DNA of 20,932 bases. It comes from Octopus sinensis (taxonomy: Eukaryota). The stretch lies in contig NW_021823867.1 of the NCBI RefSeq assembly GCF_006345805.1, forward strand, positions 1 through 20,932, in the 5' to 3' direction. Below are positions 19,481 through 20,932 of the stretch, in pieces; position 1 is the first letter of the stretch; the number at the start of each line of letters is the position of its first letter. Made by a program: the position numbers and the translations under genes. The notes under the pieces are model-generated. The model was not told the DNA's origin. It was given only the letters and a program-made list of their open reading frames with translations, and searched no databases.

Positions 19481-19903
19481 CATACATATATAACCTGTGT
19501 ATATGTATATAGATCTGAGTATACACACGTTTTCAAATGATAACACTCAATACATAGAGTGTATGCGTATGCATACATACATACATGTATAAATATATAT
19601 ATACATTTATATGTATGTCCGTGTATCTTTCTTCTGCATGTGTATGTACGTGTGTGTGTGTATGTATGTATGTGTGTGTGTGTGTGTGTGTTCATATGAT
19701 ATTTATGTTAAGTAATTTAATGAAGTCTTTCAAACTATCATTTATCAGTTGAGTGGAATTTCTTACCATATTTAATTGCCCTGAGTTGGCAATAAAACAA
19801 CAATATGTTATTTAGCGGAAGTTGGCTAACGGAAGTCAGGTCAGGGCTAATTACCATACAACGACCGGAAGTCTTATTCAGCATCCGGAATATAGAAGTG
19901 TGA

Positions 19904-19950
<47 letters not shown>

Positions 19951-20214
19951 CAATGTGAAAATTCGAGATTGGAAGAGAGTATAGGAGAAAGAGCGAGTGG
20001 GGGAAAGTGTAAGATGGATAGAATGAAAGAGTGGGGGAGAAATTAAAGACAGGGAAATTGAAAGAGAGAGGAGGGAAGCGAAAGATAGAGAGAATGAAAG
20101 AGACAAGAAGGAAATGAAAAACAGAGAGAATGAAAGTAAGGAGGAGAATTGAGGAAAAGGGGACATGACTCTTATTTAAGATTATTACTGATTGATGAAT
20201 TGAGTGCTACTAAT

Positions 20215-20310
20215 AGAATGTAGTAGTAGTAGTAGTAAGGGTAGCAGCAGTAGTAGTAGCAGTTGTAGTAGTAGTAGCAGCAACAACAGTAACAGCAGCA
20301 GTAGCAGCCA
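20215..20310. repeat. (AGT/AGC)n microsatellite
   Basis: Direct inspection. Confidence 0.9.
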
Positions 20311-20523
20311 TCCAAGAATTTGGATCTAGAGATCTCTCCATTTCCAGCGACTTCGTCAACGAAGAGCCCTAGACTACAACAAGACGACCAAAGTTTTGTT
20401 TTTCCAAGGTCTAGGGTCTCCCGCCCCTAAGCCCTAGACCATCACCTAATCACCCTTACTCGTCTTGTTGCTTAACAGCAGCAGCAGCAGCAGCGTTAGC
20501 AGTAGTAGCAGTAAAAAAGGTAA

Positions 20524-20793
20524 AGACCTCCTTCAGTCATAAATGACCGTAGGATTGCGCTTAGAAAGTTCCCTTCCAAGGTACAAGTCCGGGCAAGGTT
20601 GTTTTATGAAAGACCAGCAGTCGCCCATGTATACCAGCCTCCCTTCTCCATGCTACCAAGGGAAAGGCAAAGGGGCCGATACAGCTTGGCACCAGTGACG
20701 CCGCAACACATTTCTGCAGCTGAGTGAACTGGAGCAACGCGAAATAAAGTGTCTTGCTCAAGAAAACAACATGCTGCCCAATCCAGGAATCGA
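20524..20793 (-). mobile_element. SINE family D (central CTTGAGCAAGACACTTT motif, LINE-derived-type tail)
   Basis: The central motif is shared with family C (13670-13700) and the tail with 17700-17846. Confidence 0.75.
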
Positions 20794-20833
20794 CCGTGCA
20801 ACATATAGGAGTATGTATTCGTCTGTATGTATA

Positions 20834-20932
20834 GGCGGCGAGCTGGCAGAAACGTTAGCACGCCGGGCGAAATGCGTAGCCGTATTTCGTCTGTCGTTAA
20901 CGTTCTGAGTTCAAATTCCGCCGAGGTCGACT
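20834..20932 (+). mobile_element. SINE family A 5' head (cut by window end)
   Basis: GGCGGCGAGCTGGCAGAAACGTTAGCACGCCGGGCG...GAGTTCAAATTCC, with Pol III A/B-box-like motifs. Confidence 0.85.

Noticed and set aside
938-20166. Dozens of long ORFs (YIYI, HTHT, CVCV, MYVC, MHAY, poly-Y/I/L/N/P/W)
   Set aside because: They are translations of stop-free microsatellite frames with no domain content.

Overview
Eukaryotic, gene-poor, repeat-saturated DNA. The SINE set, microsatellite load and (CCCTAA)n motif suggest an invertebrate, probably octopus/cephalopod; this is my recognition of the sequence, not a database check. No intact protein-coding gene is supportable, and almost all ORFs in the track are translated microsatellites. 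The window holds: (i) about 17 copies or fragments of four tRNA-like SINE families; (ii) a nested array at 2371-4727 in which an R4/Dong-type restriction-like-endonuclease LINE 3' fragment and three copies of a ~570-bp non-coding element all sit in (TAA)n tracts; (iii) two decayed C2H2-zinc-finger LINE-like 3' ends (9041-9628 +, 14614-14852 -); (iv) a telomere-repeat-containing MITE and a possible Helitron 5' end; (v) long CATA/CATG/CGTA arrays. The most interesting signal is a well-formed type I hammerhead ribozyme (9400-9479, +) with a palindromic stem III, just downstream of the zinc-finger relic and followed by a highly structured ~165-nt tail. A second, Penelope-type minimal hammerhead lies at 14993-15029 (-), and a degenerate third one at 19219-19245.
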